From Deltaproteobacteria bacterium (GTDB lineage Bacteria > Desulfobacterota_D > UBA1144 > Nemesobacterales > UBA2774), in assembly GCA_040223695.1 (NCBI GenBank), contig JAVKFU010000015.1, positions 106,534-170,533 of the forward strand: DNA of 64,000 nt, read 5' to 3'. This document shows, piece after piece, positions 11,305 to 21,568 of this stretch. The notes under the pieces are model-generated. The model made no database searches. It saw only the letters and a program-made list of their open reading frames with translations, and was not told the DNA's origin. The stretch's first letter is position 1. Each line of letters starts with the position of its first letter. Both the position numbers and the translations under genes were made by a program.

Positions 11305-11653
11305 TAATCTCGCTCCATTTCCAGGGCCGGGGGGGCAAATTTATTGTTTACTGTATTCCAATCTTGCCGGCAAGTTCCGAAATTATTGCTGAGGGCGTAT
11401 TTTTAATTGAATTTTAAAATGCAGCGTTAATTGTCTATTTACAATAATTAAGGCTACTTTCGGCGATTGTCAACAGATTTAAAACTGTGGAAGCAGTGAT
11501 ATAGTGATGAAAAAGAAGGCGCTTTATCGGGTTTTCTGCCCGATACTTCTGGCGCTATTTCTGAAACAGCTGCGAATTTATTAACGGCCTGTATTTATTA
11601 TGCTTTAACTACCGCTGTAAAATCCGATGTATAATTGATTTTAGAGATGCTTT

Positions 11654-12568
11654 ATGCGAGTGTGGCTCCGTATGCCCGACGAATCGATAAATAGATTGTT
11701 ACAAACTCTTAGAGAGAATACCCCTGCCGCAGGTAAGCCTATAGAGCAGCTGCGTGCGGATTTCGAAAGATTCTATTTGGGGTTTCAAACCGGGCAAAAT
11801 CCGCGAATAAAGGAATTCACGATAAACGATATACCTTCATTCTGGATCGAAGCCCCCGGTGCGGATGAAAAGCGGGTCATCCTCTTCTTTCACGGCGGCG
11901 GGTTTACAATCGGCTCCACCAGGGATCACGCTGACCTTTGCAGGCGATTGTCGGCTGCCTCCGAGGCCAGGGTGCTGAGTATAGACTATCGGCTGGCCCC
12001 TGAACATATTTTTCCCGCTGCTCTCGAAGACTGCGTTGCCTCTTACAACTGGCTCTTGAACGAAGGGTTCGAAGGATCACGGATTATACCGGTCGGTATT
12101 TCCGCCGGAGGGACACTCGTTCTATCCACCCTTCTTTCTCTCAGGGACGGCGGGATGGATTTACCCGCTGCCGCCTGCTGTATGTCTCCCGCGGTCGACA
12201 TGTTGTTTCAGGGCGATTCCGTAACCGGCAATATGGGAAAAGACTGGATCACCGCTGACAGACTGAATTCGGTAAGGAATGCCTATCTTGGCGGGCGGGA
12301 CCCGAAAGAGCCGCTCGTTTCCCCGCTTTACGCTGACCTGAGAGGGTTGCCGCCAATATTGATTCAGATCGGAAACCATGAGCTGCTCCTCGATGATAAC
12401 CTTAAATTCGCGCTGCAGGCGAGGAGACAGGGAGTCGATCTTACTTTTGAAATATGGAGCGGTATGATCCATTGCTGGCAGATTTTCGCGAGCGAGTTAA
12501 AAGACGGGCGTGATGCGATTGACAGCATTGGCAAATACATAAAGAGAAAATTCAGCAATCTGTCGTGA
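11654..12568 (+). CDS. Alpha/beta-hydrolase fold-3 esterase/lipase (HSL family).
   Basis: Oxyanion motif HGGGF, nucleophile elbow GISAGG and a C-terminal His region. Confidence 0.8.
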   Translation: MRVWLRMPDESINRLLQTLRENTPAAGKPIEQLRADFERFYLGFQTGQNPRIKEFTINDIPSFWIEAPGADEKRVILFFHGGGFTIGSTRDHADLCRRLSAASEARVLSIDYRLAPEHIFPAALEDCVASYNWLLNEGFEGSRIIPVGISAGGTLVLSTLLSLRDGGMDLPAAACCMSPAVDMLFQGDSVTGNMGKDWITADRLNSVRNAYLGGRDPKEPLVSPLYADLRGLPPILIQIGNHELLLDDNLKFALQARRQGVDLTFEIWSGMIHCWQIFASELKDGRDAIDSIGKYIKRKFSNLS

Positions 12569-12985
12569 AGCATAATTAATGAAGATGCCGAGTTCTATTT
12601 AATTCACTTGGTCATTAAAAAAGAATCCCTCCCGGCGAGGCTTTCCGTCAATCAGGGAATAGTAAGCACCGGCATGTGTTTTATCGTGAGGCGGATTATT
12701 CAGGCGTGTCGGCGAAAGCAAAGGGAGTTGTGAACTCGCGCTCTAGGGGTCCCGGGTTATATTCGTCAGTGAAACTTATACGGGCAATGCAGTTTCATTG
12801 AAAGCCGCGGTCTGGTTTTGGCGGGAAACCGGGATACAGAACAAAGGGATCCGGCCACGCACATAAGACCGGATTTCAGGCTTGATTTCTCCAGCAAATC
12901 TTTCTTTGGTCCGTTGATTAAATTATAATTAAGCGCTGTATTATTATGTTCGGACGATATAATTCCGGATTATAAATTACGTACA

Positions 12986-14308
12986 ATGTGCAAATTTCTA
13001 TCCGTCTTTCTTATACTTGCCCTATTCTCATGCGGGGCGAATTATACTCCCCGCGCGCCTGAAGAAGTTCCTTTCCTCAAAAGGGCGCAGACCCAAAGCA
13101 GGGGAGGGCTCACTGTAACCGCCGCCGTTTTGAGTCGGGAGGAGAGTGAGGAGGTCTTCGGTGTCGACCTTGCGGCCAAAGGTATACAGCCCGTGTGGCT
13201 TGAAATAGAGAACAACACTGATGCGCCGTTCGCGTTTATGCCCATCGCGCTCGACCTGGATTATTTCTCCCCGAACGAGGTTTCCTGGCTTAACCATTTC
13301 AAATTCAACCGGTCGTTAAATAGAAAAATGGACGAGCATTTCTCTGAACACAGCATAGAGGTCGAGTACATAATCCCGGGCGAAAAAGATAAGGGTTTTG
13401 TATATTCAAACCTGGATCCGGGCATAAAATACGTAAACGTAACACTGTATCAGCTTGACCGCATAGAGAGGTTCGTGTTCTTATTCGAAGTCCCGGGCAT
13501 ACAGCCCGACTATCAAAACGTCGATTTTGAAGAGCTTTACTCAAACGATGAGATAGTAAATATTGAAAACGAAAACGACCTCAGGGCGGTATTGGAGAAT
13601 ATTCCCTGCTGTACTGTAGATAAGAAGGGGGAGGGTGAAGGGCACCCGGTTAACATCATTCTTATCGGTGATCCCGATGATACGTTCTCTGGAATAATAC
13701 GCCGCGGGTGGGACGTTACCGAGGCCGATACCGATTCATTCGATATAGATCTCAGGAAAATGTTCTCGACCGCGCGTTACAGGACATTCCCTATGACTAG
13801 CCTCCATATGTACGGGCGAAGACAGGACATTAGCCTTCAGAAATCACGACACGCGGGACATACGCCCTACCGCCAGCGGAACCAGATGCGCCTCTGGCTG
13901 ACCCCGTTCAGGTACAGGGGAGATAGTGTCTGGATCGGTTCTGTGAGCAGGGACATAGGCTCCGATTTAAGGGTGAGGAAGTACTGGTTCGCGGCGCAGG
14001 AGATAGACCCCGATATCGACGAAACTAGGGATTATGTAGTAGAGGACCTCGTACTGTCTCAGCAAGTACACAAGCTTGGTTATGTGAAAGGCACAGGAGC
14101 TGCAAACTCCGAGAATCCCCGTACAGACCTTTTCGGCCACCCCTGGTGGTCAGACGGATACCGGGCCGTATTTCTATTCGGTAAGGATTCTATCACCCTG
14201 GGCGACATGGAATTTTTTCCCTGGGAAGATATTCATTCAGTTCCTTCCCTGGAGCTTGAATTCGGCAATCGGAATGAAAGAAATGACGACAGGGGGTTAG
14301 GGAATTAA
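12986..14308 (+). CDS. Lipoprotein of unknown function (paralog A of a tandem pair).
   Basis: Signal peptide with lipobox (LALFSCG). Shares blocks with the next gene: EVPFL.R..TQ..GxTVTAAVLS..ES.EVFGV.LA.KGIQPVW, PCC, IRRGWDVTE and R.RN..RLWL.P.RY.G..VWIGSVSRDIGS. Confidence 0.6.
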   Translation: MCKFLSVFLILALFSCGANYTPRAPEEVPFLKRAQTQSRGGLTVTAAVLSREESEEVFGVDLAAKGIQPVWLEIENNTDAPFAFMPIALDLDYFSPNEVSWLNHFKFNRSLNRKMDEHFSEHSIEVEYIIPGEKDKGFVYSNLDPGIKYVNVTLYQLDRIERFVFLFEVPGIQPDYQNVDFEELYSNDEIVNIENENDLRAVLENIPCCTVDKKGEGEGHPVNIILIGDPDDTFSGIIRRGWDVTEADTDSFDIDLRKMFSTARYRTFPMTSLHMYGRRQDISLQKSRHAGHTPYRQRNQMRLWLTPFRYRGDSVWIGSVSRDIGSDLRVRKYWFAAQEIDPDIDETRDYVVEDLVLSQQVHKLGYVKGTGAANSENPRTDLFGHPWWSDGYRAVFLFGKDSITLGDMEFFPWEDIHSVPSLELEFGNRNERNDDRGLGN

Positions 14309-14309
14309 G

Positions 14310-15719
14310 ATGACCGCTGTTCGCGGAGACACTCAGGTATTGAGGCTGTTCTTTATATTCTTGATCGGCTGTCTGCCTTTAATGAAAGTCGGTTGCGCCT
14401 CCTATTGCGCCACACAGAGCGAGGTGGAGAACGCTATGTTCAGCACGCCTCCGGCAAAGGGGTGTCGGGTCTATTCTCCCTCTCCCGACCCGTTGAGGGA
14501 AGTCCCTTTTCTCATGCGCAGCGAGACCCAGACCGAGGACGGCATAACCGTGACGGCGGCAGTGCTTAGTGACCCGGAGAGTCGGGAGGTTTTCGGCGTC
14601 AACCTTGCAAAGAAAGGAATCCAGCCGGTATGGATCAGAATCGAAAACGATACCGGGGCTCCCGTCACTCTTGTACATGTGGGAATAGACCCCGCTTATT
14701 TCTCCCCGAACGAAGCTGCTAACAGGAACTATATTTTTGCGAGTCCCGTTAACGATGAAATCAACGAATACTTCAACGAGCACGGAATCGGAAGAATGAT
14801 CCCGGCTGGCGGGGAATTATCGGGTTTCTTTTACACAAACTGGGACCCGGGCGTGAAATACCTGAACGTTAGCGTGTTCGGAGAGGACAGGGAGGAAAAC
14901 TTCCTCTTCTATTTAGAGATACCCGGGATAACGATAGACTTTCAGCGGGTGGATTGGGATTCCATTTACGGAGAGGAGGAGTTCGTGGACTACCAGAACG
15001 AAGACGACCTCCGCCGCGCGCTTGAGAGCGTGCCCTGCTGTTCGACGAGAAAAGACGGCACGGGAAAGAACGATCCGCTAAACTTTTTCGTCATTGGGGA
15101 GAGCGATCAAATATTGTCCGCTTTCATCCGGCGCGGATGGGATGTGACTGAGCCCATTACAGCGGGATCCGGGTGGAGGGCGTTCAAAGCCTTTTTCTCC
15201 GGGGCGAGATACCGTACTTCTCCAATGAGTAGCATATATGTATACAAAAGAGCTCAGGACGTAGGCTTTCAGAAAGCAAGATCCACAATACATGAGAGGA
15301 ATCATCTCCGGCTATGGCTTATGCCCGTAAGATACAAGGGCATGGATGTCTGGATCGGGTCTGTGAGCCGTGACATCGGCTCATACCTGACTATCAGGAC
15401 CCCATGGTTAACTGCGCACGCAATCGATCCGGATATTGATGAGGCAAGGGTGTACGTCGAGCAGGATCTTCTCTTCTCGGGGGCGGTCAGAAAATTCGGG
15501 TATGTTAAAGGGATAAAGCCCGCCACCCCGGAAAACCCCCACCGGAATTTTATGAAGCAGCCCTACTGGACCGACGGGTACAGGGCTGTGTTTATTATCC
15601 AGGAGGATCCCACGCACCTGAGTGAGCTCGAATTCTTCGACTGGGAATGGGCGGGTGAGAATTCTCGGGAAATGATCGAATACATTAAAAACCGAAACAA
15701 TAAAAAGACAGAAAACTGA
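14310..15719 (+). CDS. Lipoprotein of unknown function (paralog B of the tandem pair).
   Basis: Collinear similarity to 12986..14308, with hydrophobic N-terminus (LRLFFIFLIGC) that may be a signal peptide/lipobox. It starts 2 nt after the stop of paralog A. Confidence 0.6.
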   Translation: MTAVRGDTQVLRLFFIFLIGCLPLMKVGCASYCATQSEVENAMFSTPPAKGCRVYSPSPDPLREVPFLMRSETQTEDGITVTAAVLSDPESREVFGVNLAKKGIQPVWIRIENDTGAPVTLVHVGIDPAYFSPNEAANRNYIFASPVNDEINEYFNEHGIGRMIPAGGELSGFFYTNWDPGVKYLNVSVFGEDREENFLFYLEIPGITIDFQRVDWDSIYGEEEFVDYQNEDDLRRALESVPCCSTRKDGTGKNDPLNFFVIGESDQILSAFIRRGWDVTEPITAGSGWRAFKAFFSGARYRTSPMSSIYVYKRAQDVGFQKARSTIHERNHLRLWLMPVRYKGMDVWIGSVSRDIGSYLTIRTPWLTAHAIDPDIDEARVYVEQDLLFSGAVRKFGYVKGIKPATPENPHRNFMKQPYWTDGYRAVFIIQEDPTHLSELEFFDWEWAGENSREMIEYIKNRNNKKTEN

Positions 15720-16089
15720 ACATCTGGTTGAATCTCTTTCCCGGAAAAATGATACAGACCGCAAACTGAAGTTACACGGGAGGATGAATAAGCCGTGACA
15801 TTGCAACAAAAAATCTTTACCGTTCGCCTGCTTCTGCCCGCAGGGCTTATGTCTGATGTCCGAATTTAAGACAATTGTCGTCGAGAGCTGCGCGACCGGT
15901 GCGGGCTGATTACCGGCGCAAGCTGAATTTTTGAAATACGGTGAATGCATGAACCTGCTGCTCTAATGGCTGTATGATTTCACTGCATATTGTTTTACAC
16001 GCGTGGCGGTATTGAATTTCCTCTTACGGGGTAAAGAACTCGCCCTCCTGACTCAGTTGGTATGCTGCTTGCAAGTTATTTCATGATAA

Positions 16090-16671
16090 ATGACCGGATA
16101 CCCAAAAGAGCTTGTCCTGAAGGATAAAACCAGGGTTATCACCAGACCTGTAAGTAAGAATGATCTGGAGTTTCTGGTGAAATTTTTCTCGACGATTCCG
16201 AAGACGGACCTCCTCATATACAAGGACGATGTAACTAAATGGGAGGGCCTTCAGGATTGGTTTATCAGCTCGAACTACAAAAAGGTGCTGGAACTCGTAT
16301 GTACAAATAACGAGGATATTATCGCGAAAGGTACATTGCATACCGAGGGGATTTACTGGCCTCACGCCGCTGAGGTAAAGTTAATGGTTCATCCGAGTTA
16401 CAGGGGAAAGGGATTGGGCTCACAATTATTCAATTTGCTTCTCTACGAGGGTTTGAAGCACCGTTTCCAAAAAATTATAGTCAGATATGTTCCCGACAAC
16501 CTTAGTTTTACCCGTATTCTGGATCATTACGGGTTTAATCCTGAAACCGTGCTCAACTGTTATGTTGTAGATGAGATTACAAAGGAGAAGAAAGATCTTG
16601 TAATTGCGTCCTATGACCTTCAGAACTGGGAGAGGAGATTCGAGTTCTATACTTTCATCTACACGAAGTAA
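16090..16671 (+). CDS. GNAT family N-acetyltransferase.
   Basis: Acetyl-CoA binding motif (HPSYRGKGLGSQLF). Confidence 0.65.
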   Translation: MTGYPKELVLKDKTRVITRPVSKNDLEFLVKFFSTIPKTDLLIYKDDVTKWEGLQDWFISSNYKKVLELVCTNNEDIIAKGTLHTEGIYWPHAAEVKLMVHPSYRGKGLGSQLFNLLLYEGLKHRFQKIIVRYVPDNLSFTRILDHYGFNPETVLNCYVVDEITKEKKDLVIASYDLQNWERRFEFYTFIYTK

Positions 16672-16772
16672 AAGATATGCGATTCAACTAAATTGTAAGC
16701 AAAGTTATAAAGTGATATTCTGATAATTAATCTGAAAGAATTCAGGACGGTTACACTCGCCAAGGACTTGTT

Positions 16773-18689
16773 ATGAAGAAAAGAATTACCAAAAAAGATG
16801 AGCCTCCGGGCGCGATTGAGTCCCACCGGACGGCTGGGGACCCCGAAACAGAATTCCTTGAGAATCAATACAGCTTTATTGTTGAGTCCGTTCCGAGCGG
16901 CATAGTAATGACCGATAATAAGGGGAAGATTATTTTCGTTAATTCACTCGTAAACAGGATGTTCGGATATGAGGAAAGCGAGCTGGTCGGCAGAAACATT
17001 GATGAGCTCGTACCGGACAGATATAAGAAGGGGCATGCCGCGCATAGGAAATCGTTCTTGTCGGCGCCCGAGACAAGACCTATGGGCAAAGGGAGGGATC
17101 TTTTCGCCAGAAGAAAGAACGGAAGCGAATTTCCTGTGGAGATAGGCCTTAATCCTGTGAAAACCGAGAGAGGATTGGTGGTCGTGAGCACAATAGTGGA
17201 TATCACTGACCGAAGAGCCGCTGAAATAAAATTGAAGGAGGAGCAGGACAGGACGCAAAGGTACCTTGACGTGGCGGAGGTTATTTTTCTGGGGCTTGAC
17301 GGCAAGGGTATTGTAACGCTCATAAACAGGAAGGGCGCAGAGATTCTCGAGTGCTCCGAGGAAAAAATATTAGGAAAGAGCTGGTTTGATAAATTCATCC
17401 CTCGCGAGGAACGTAACGAAGTATTAGAGGTTCATAGGAGAGTGATGAGGGGAGAATCCATAAACATTGCGTTTCATGAAAACAAGATAATCTCCGAATC
17501 GGGGAAGAAAATCGACGTGCTGTGGCACAACACCGCAATAGAGGGTGAAAATGGCAGAGTTATCGGTACTTTGAGCTCCGGGGTCGATATTACGGACCGG
17601 AAATATACCGAAAGGCGGCTTCAGGAAAGGGAAGAGAGATTGCGCAGTATCATGGATAATACTACCGACGCGATTCTGGTATTTGACAACGACGGCCTTA
17701 TTGAAACGATAAACAAAGCGGCTCTGAAGCTATTTGCCATTAATGACGAAGATGAAATCAAAAATATCCATGAGATAATTACACCCGAGCACAGGGACAG
17801 CTTTGCAGAGAGGCTTGAGAGGTCCAGAAACGGGGCCGCGATTTCGGACTATGAAACGGAGATGATCAAGAAAGACGGCTCCAGGATTCCCGTGAGTATC
17901 AGTCTTGTTTACATGGATCTGGATCGAGGCAAGTATATCGAGACAATAAGAGATATTTCTGCCAGGATTTCTATGCGCAAAAAGATCATAGAGCTCGAGA
18001 AATCTCAAATAATCGGGAAGATGGCGGAAGGTTTCGCTCACCATATGGGTACTCCTCTCGCTTCGATGCTTCTCAGGGTTCAGATGCTGAAAGAAGACAT
18101 ACCGTCTCTCCCGGAATGTGAGAGTGTCGGGGAAAAACTGGACTCTATAGAGAGGCAGATTTTGTATGGTCAGAAGGTGATTCAAAGGCTTTTGAGGTTT
18201 GTCAGCCAGCCGGGCAGTGAGAAAAGCTCGGAAAAAGTCTCTTCGTTGCTCGGTGAGTCGATCGATATGGTGAGACCCCTTCTCAAAAAAAAGATGATAG
18301 AGGTCGAGCTTGATGTTGAAGAGGGCTTGAGCATTTATGTGGACTCAAATCTGATAAATCTTGTCTTTACCGATATTATCATAAACGCTGTGGACGCTAT
18401 GCCTGACGGGGGAGTCCTTACGGTTGCAGCAGCGAACGATTATGATAACGGGTTAGCGAATATCAGAATCAATGATACGGGTAAAGGTATTTCGAAAGAG
18501 ACGATTTCCTTTGTTTTCGAGCCTTTTTTTACAACCAAGCCTGCGGGAAAGGGGACAGGGCTCGGACTTACAGTTGCCAAAAGGATTGTAAATGATCACG
18601 GAGGGGAAGTGAGTATAAGAAGCATGGAGGGGAAGGGTACGACGGTTATAATAAAACTTCCTTTATCCGCGGAGGGATATTCGTCTTGA
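16773..18689 (+). CDS. PAS-domain sensor histidine kinase.
   Basis: Several PAS repeats, HisKA (EGFAHHMGTPLASM) and HATPase_c (NDTGKGIS...GTGLGLTVAKRIVNDHGG). Confidence 0.85.
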   Translation: MKKRITKKDEPPGAIESHRTAGDPETEFLENQYSFIVESVPSGIVMTDNKGKIIFVNSLVNRMFGYEESELVGRNIDELVPDRYKKGHAAHRKSFLSAPETRPMGKGRDLFARRKNGSEFPVEIGLNPVKTERGLVVVSTIVDITDRRAAEIKLKEEQDRTQRYLDVAEVIFLGLDGKGIVTLINRKGAEILECSEEKILGKSWFDKFIPREERNEVLEVHRRVMRGESINIAFHENKIISESGKKIDVLWHNTAIEGENGRVIGTLSSGVDITDRKYTERRLQEREERLRSIMDNTTDAILVFDNDGLIETINKAALKLFAINDEDEIKNIHEIITPEHRDSFAERLERSRNGAAISDYETEMIKKDGSRIPVSISLVYMDLDRGKYIETIRDISARISMRKKIIELEKSQIIGKMAEGFAHHMGTPLASMLLRVQMLKEDIPSLPECESVGEKLDSIERQILYGQKVIQRLLRFVSQPGSEKSSEKVSSLLGESIDMVRPLLKKKMIEVELDVEEGLSIYVDSNLINLVFTDIIINAVDAMPDGGVLTVAAANDYDNGLANIRINDTGKGISKETISFVFEPFFTTKPAGKGTGLGLTVAKRIVNDHGGEVSIRSMEGKGTTVIIKLPLSAEGYSS

Positions 18690-20041
18690 GCACTGAAAAA
18701 TTCAGGGTACTTGTAGTAGACGATGACAAGGAATTTGTCGAAGCGGTCAAGGAGCTTCTCAATCGTAATAATTACGATGTAATTACCGCCTATTCCGGGG
18801 CGGACGCGCTTGAAAAAGCCCGGGAAGTACCGGATATAAAGCTGGCGCTTCTCGATCTGGTAATGCCTCTTATGGACGGCTTTGCACTGCTTGAAAAGCT
18901 CAGAGACTTGATCCCGGAGTTAACCGTTATAATCGTTACGGGTCAGGGTACGGTTCAGGCGGCTGTCGATGCGATAAAACGCGGCGCTGCGGATTTCATT
19001 ACCAAGCCTTTTGATAAAGATGTACTTTTGAAAAAACTGGATGTTGTCAGAAAGGCTCAGGAGCTTGAGAGCAGAGTGGGGACATTGAAGGAGCTCCTAT
19101 CGGAAAAGTACGGATTCGATAACATCATAAGCAGCTCGAAGGTGATGAAAACCGTTTTTGAAAAGGCCTCGGCCGCAGCCCATAGCAACGCGCCTGTATT
19201 TATTGTGGGGGAGACGGGAACGGGGAAAGAATTATTAGCCAAGGCCATACATCTAAGAGGCGGGAGAGCCGCACATCCTTTTGTGGGGGTGAATTGCGGT
19301 GCTATACCGAAAGAGCTCCTTGAGTCGGAACTTTTCGGTTACCGGAAAGGGGCTTTTACCGGAGCGGTAAGGGATCACGAAGGGCTTTTCATTGCCGCCG
19401 ATAAAGGAACGATATTTCTCGATGAGATAGGTGAAATGCCCAAAGACCTTCAGGTGAGGATGTTGAGGGTGCTTGAAGAATACAAAGTCAGGCCCATAGG
19501 ACATACGAAGGAGATAGCGCTTGATGTGAGGGTTGTAGCGGCGAGCAATCATACAATAGATGAGCTGAAGAATAAATATTTGAGGGAGGATCTTTTTTTC
19601 AGGCTTGCCGTAATAGTCATCGAGCTGCCGCCGCTCCGGGAAAGGAAAGGTGATATACCCTTGTTAATCGATCACTTTATCGGAAGGTTTAATAACAAGT
19701 ATTCAAAGAGAATAAGGGGGCTCTCGGAGGGAGCTTTCAGTTCACTCTATAATTATCATTTCCCGGGGAACATAAGGGAGCTCGAGAATTTGATTGAAGG
19801 CATAATAGCTGTCACGTCCCTGAGCAAGAACACTATTACCGAAAAGGACCTGAAGGCGCATCTCCTCTGGCAGCAGTCCAAAACCCCGGAGCACCAGCTC
19901 CTCTCACTGGATAGGCTCGAAAAATTCGCGCTTGAGCAGGCCCTTCGGGAATCCAGGGGGAACAAGTCAAAGGCTGCGGAGCTCCTGGGCATATCAAGAG
20001 ATACTCTTTACAGAAAACTAAAGCTCTATAAAGTCGATTGA
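18686..20041 (+). CDS. sigma-54-dependent two-component response regulator (NtrC family).
   Basis: REC domain (VLVVDDD...DLVMPLMDG), AAA+ sigma-54 activator (GETGTGKELLAKAIH, ESELFGY, GAFTGA) and Fis HTH. The TTG start overlaps the upstream kinase stop (TTGA). Confidence 0.85.
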   Translation: MSTEKFRVLVVDDDKEFVEAVKELLNRNNYDVITAYSGADALEKAREVPDIKLALLDLVMPLMDGFALLEKLRDLIPELTVIIVTGQGTVQAAVDAIKRGAADFITKPFDKDVLLKKLDVVRKAQELESRVGTLKELLSEKYGFDNIISSSKVMKTVFEKASAAAHSNAPVFIVGETGTGKELLAKAIHLRGGRAAHPFVGVNCGAIPKELLESELFGYRKGAFTGAVRDHEGLFIAADKGTIFLDEIGEMPKDLQVRMLRVLEEYKVRPIGHTKEIALDVRVVAASNHTIDELKNKYLREDLFFRLAVIVIELPPLRERKGDIPLLIDHFIGRFNNKYSKRIRGLSEGAFSSLYNYHFPGNIRELENLIEGIIAVTSLSKNTITEKDLKAHLLWQQSKTPEHQLLSLDRLEKFALEQALRESRGNKSKAAELLGISRDTLYRKLKLYKVD

Positions 20042-20217
20042 TTTCAATGAAATACTTTTTCTGATTTTAAATCTTTCTCTTCTTTCCAAACCCCATAATG
20101 AATCCGATGTTAGAATTAGGCACTCTTTTGCCGGGCGTTCCCCCTTTTAAATTCTTCCTTTGCTAATTCTTAATTTACTCATTGCTGGCATAAGCAACTA
20201 TTTATTCAATTAGATTG

Positions 20218-20234
20218 TTAGCATTTGCATGCTA
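20218..20234 (+). promoter_or_regulatory. Palindrome TTAGCATTTGCATGCTA, a candidate enhancer (UAS) site for the adjacent sigma-54 activator.
   Basis: Inverted repeat AGCAT-N4-ATGCT about 80 bp upstream of the -24/-12 element. A second inverted repeat GTTAT-TGC-ATAAC lies at 20284..20296. Confidence 0.3.
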
Positions 20235-20303
20235 TTTTGTATCATTAACGTGCATCTGACGATTTAAAATATTATAACCTTCTGTTATTGCATAACTTTC
20301 TGA

Positions 20304-20318
20304 TGGCACCCGCTTTGC
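20304..20318 (+). promoter_or_regulatory. sigma-54 (RpoN) -24/-12 promoter.
   Basis: TGGCAC-ccgct-TTGC matches the TGGCAC-N5-TTGC consensus with correct GG/GC spacing. It is 52 nt upstream of the ATG at 20370 and is followed by a GAGGAGG RBS. Confidence 0.7.
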
Positions 20319-20369
20319 CTTTACTCTTCGCAAGGTGTTAGAAAATACAAGCAGAGGAGGTATTGAGAG

Positions 20370-21230
20370 ATGGTTAAAAGGACTGTTTTATTTTCATTCT
20401 TGATTGCCGTGCTAGGTTTTTGTATTTGCGGTGTGTATGCATATGATGCATCCGCACAGGGGCAGGAAAACATGAAGGCGGAAATACAACAGCTCAAGCA
20501 GATGATGGGTCAGATGCAGGGCAGAATGGGGGAGATGCAGAGCAGAATAGATGAGCTTGAGCAAAAGAACATCATGCTCGAGCAGCAAGCTCAGGAGAGA
20601 GCAGAGGCAGCGGTTATAGTTGAAGAAACGTCCGTGACCGAAAAGACCGCAGATGAGCCTTTCGGTGGTGAGTTTGCCGTTACGATAGGCGCTCAGACAG
20701 GTCCTTTTAAGACAGGCACGGGTTTTTATTTGTCAGCCGAGCTTGGAGTTCCTTTATATAAAAACCTGGGGCCGGGAAAATTACTCGGTATTATGAGCTT
20801 CGGATGGGCAAGAACGGATGATGACATAACATTCGAGCCCACCGTCAACGCGATCGCGCCCGGCACACTTCCTACCCAGACAAGTGTAAATCTGGATACG
20901 GCAACAATTCTTCTGGGGCTAAAGTATAAACTTGAGGCTCACAGGATAGTTCAGCCTTTTGTTTTGGGAGGGCCGAGCATGAATCTGTTCTTCAATGAGA
21001 GCGACCCGGGAAGCCAAGTGGGAGGCATTGCTCCTCAGCCCAATATACTCCAGAAAAGAGGATTTCCGTCAGGTCAGGGAAATGCCGAGCTGGGAATTAC
21101 ACTTGGCGGAGGCGTTGATTTTAATGTCACACACAAGATATTTGTAGGGGCGCAGGGGTTATTTAACTGGGTCGACAGAGACAACGGTGCTTTCGGAACC
21201 TATGGCGGAAGGTTAGGATTCAGGTTTTAG
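20370..21230 (+). CDS. Outer-membrane beta-barrel protein with an N-terminal coiled-coil segment.
   Basis: Signal peptide, a Q/M-rich coiled coil and alternating amphipathic strands that end in the typical OMP C-terminus ..GGRLGFRF. Confidence 0.6.
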   Translation: MVKRTVLFSFLIAVLGFCICGVYAYDASAQGQENMKAEIQQLKQMMGQMQGRMGEMQSRIDELEQKNIMLEQQAQERAEAAVIVEETSVTEKTADEPFGGEFAVTIGAQTGPFKTGTGFYLSAELGVPLYKNLGPGKLLGIMSFGWARTDDDITFEPTVNAIAPGTLPTQTSVNLDTATILLGLKYKLEAHRIVQPFVLGGPSMNLFFNESDPGSQVGGIAPQPNILQKRGFPSGQGNAELGITLGGGVDFNVTHKIFVGAQGLFNWVDRDNGAFGTYGGRLGFRF

Positions 21231-21250
21231 TTGACGCTTTGGGATATAAA

Positions 21251-21280
21251 GAGAGGGGTTAGCTTCCGGCTATCCCCTCT
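21251..21280 (+). terminator. Possible intrinsic terminator in the convergent gap.
   Basis: GAGAGGGG ... CCCCTCT stem (15-nt loop) followed by a T-rich stretch. Confidence 0.3.
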
Positions 21281-21568
21281 ATCCTCGGAAACATTTTTAA
21301 AGGCTCGGAACTGAGTGTTTCATTGAAAAAATAAGACATTATATCTCGGTTTAGGACTCGGCTCTAATTACGTTCCTTTAAAAGATCAAACGCGTGAAGG
21401 AATAGCGGGGGACTGAGCAGCGGATTTCATTTAGCATTCCCATGAAAACTTCTTATGACCATACAGGTTATACCTGGAGGAAATGAGAAATCAGCAGCTA
21501 ACTGGTAAACAATATTCTTTGAGGCAGAAGAGCTCAGGATGAATCATTAAAACACACTATGTGTGTGC

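Noticed and set aside
11525-11545. Hairpin TATCGGG-N7-CCCGATA inside a 25-codon micro-ORF upstream of the esterase gene, considered as a leader-peptide attenuator.
   Set aside because: No following U-tract and no alternative anti-terminator pairing are evident. There is insufficient evidence.
12860-12885. c-di-GMP-I (GEMM) riboswitch-like CACGCACA segment in the long leader upstream of the lipoprotein pair.
   Set aside because: There is only an 8-nt match to the motif core. Such a match is expected by chance about twice in 64 kb. The rest of the GEMM consensus could not be identified.
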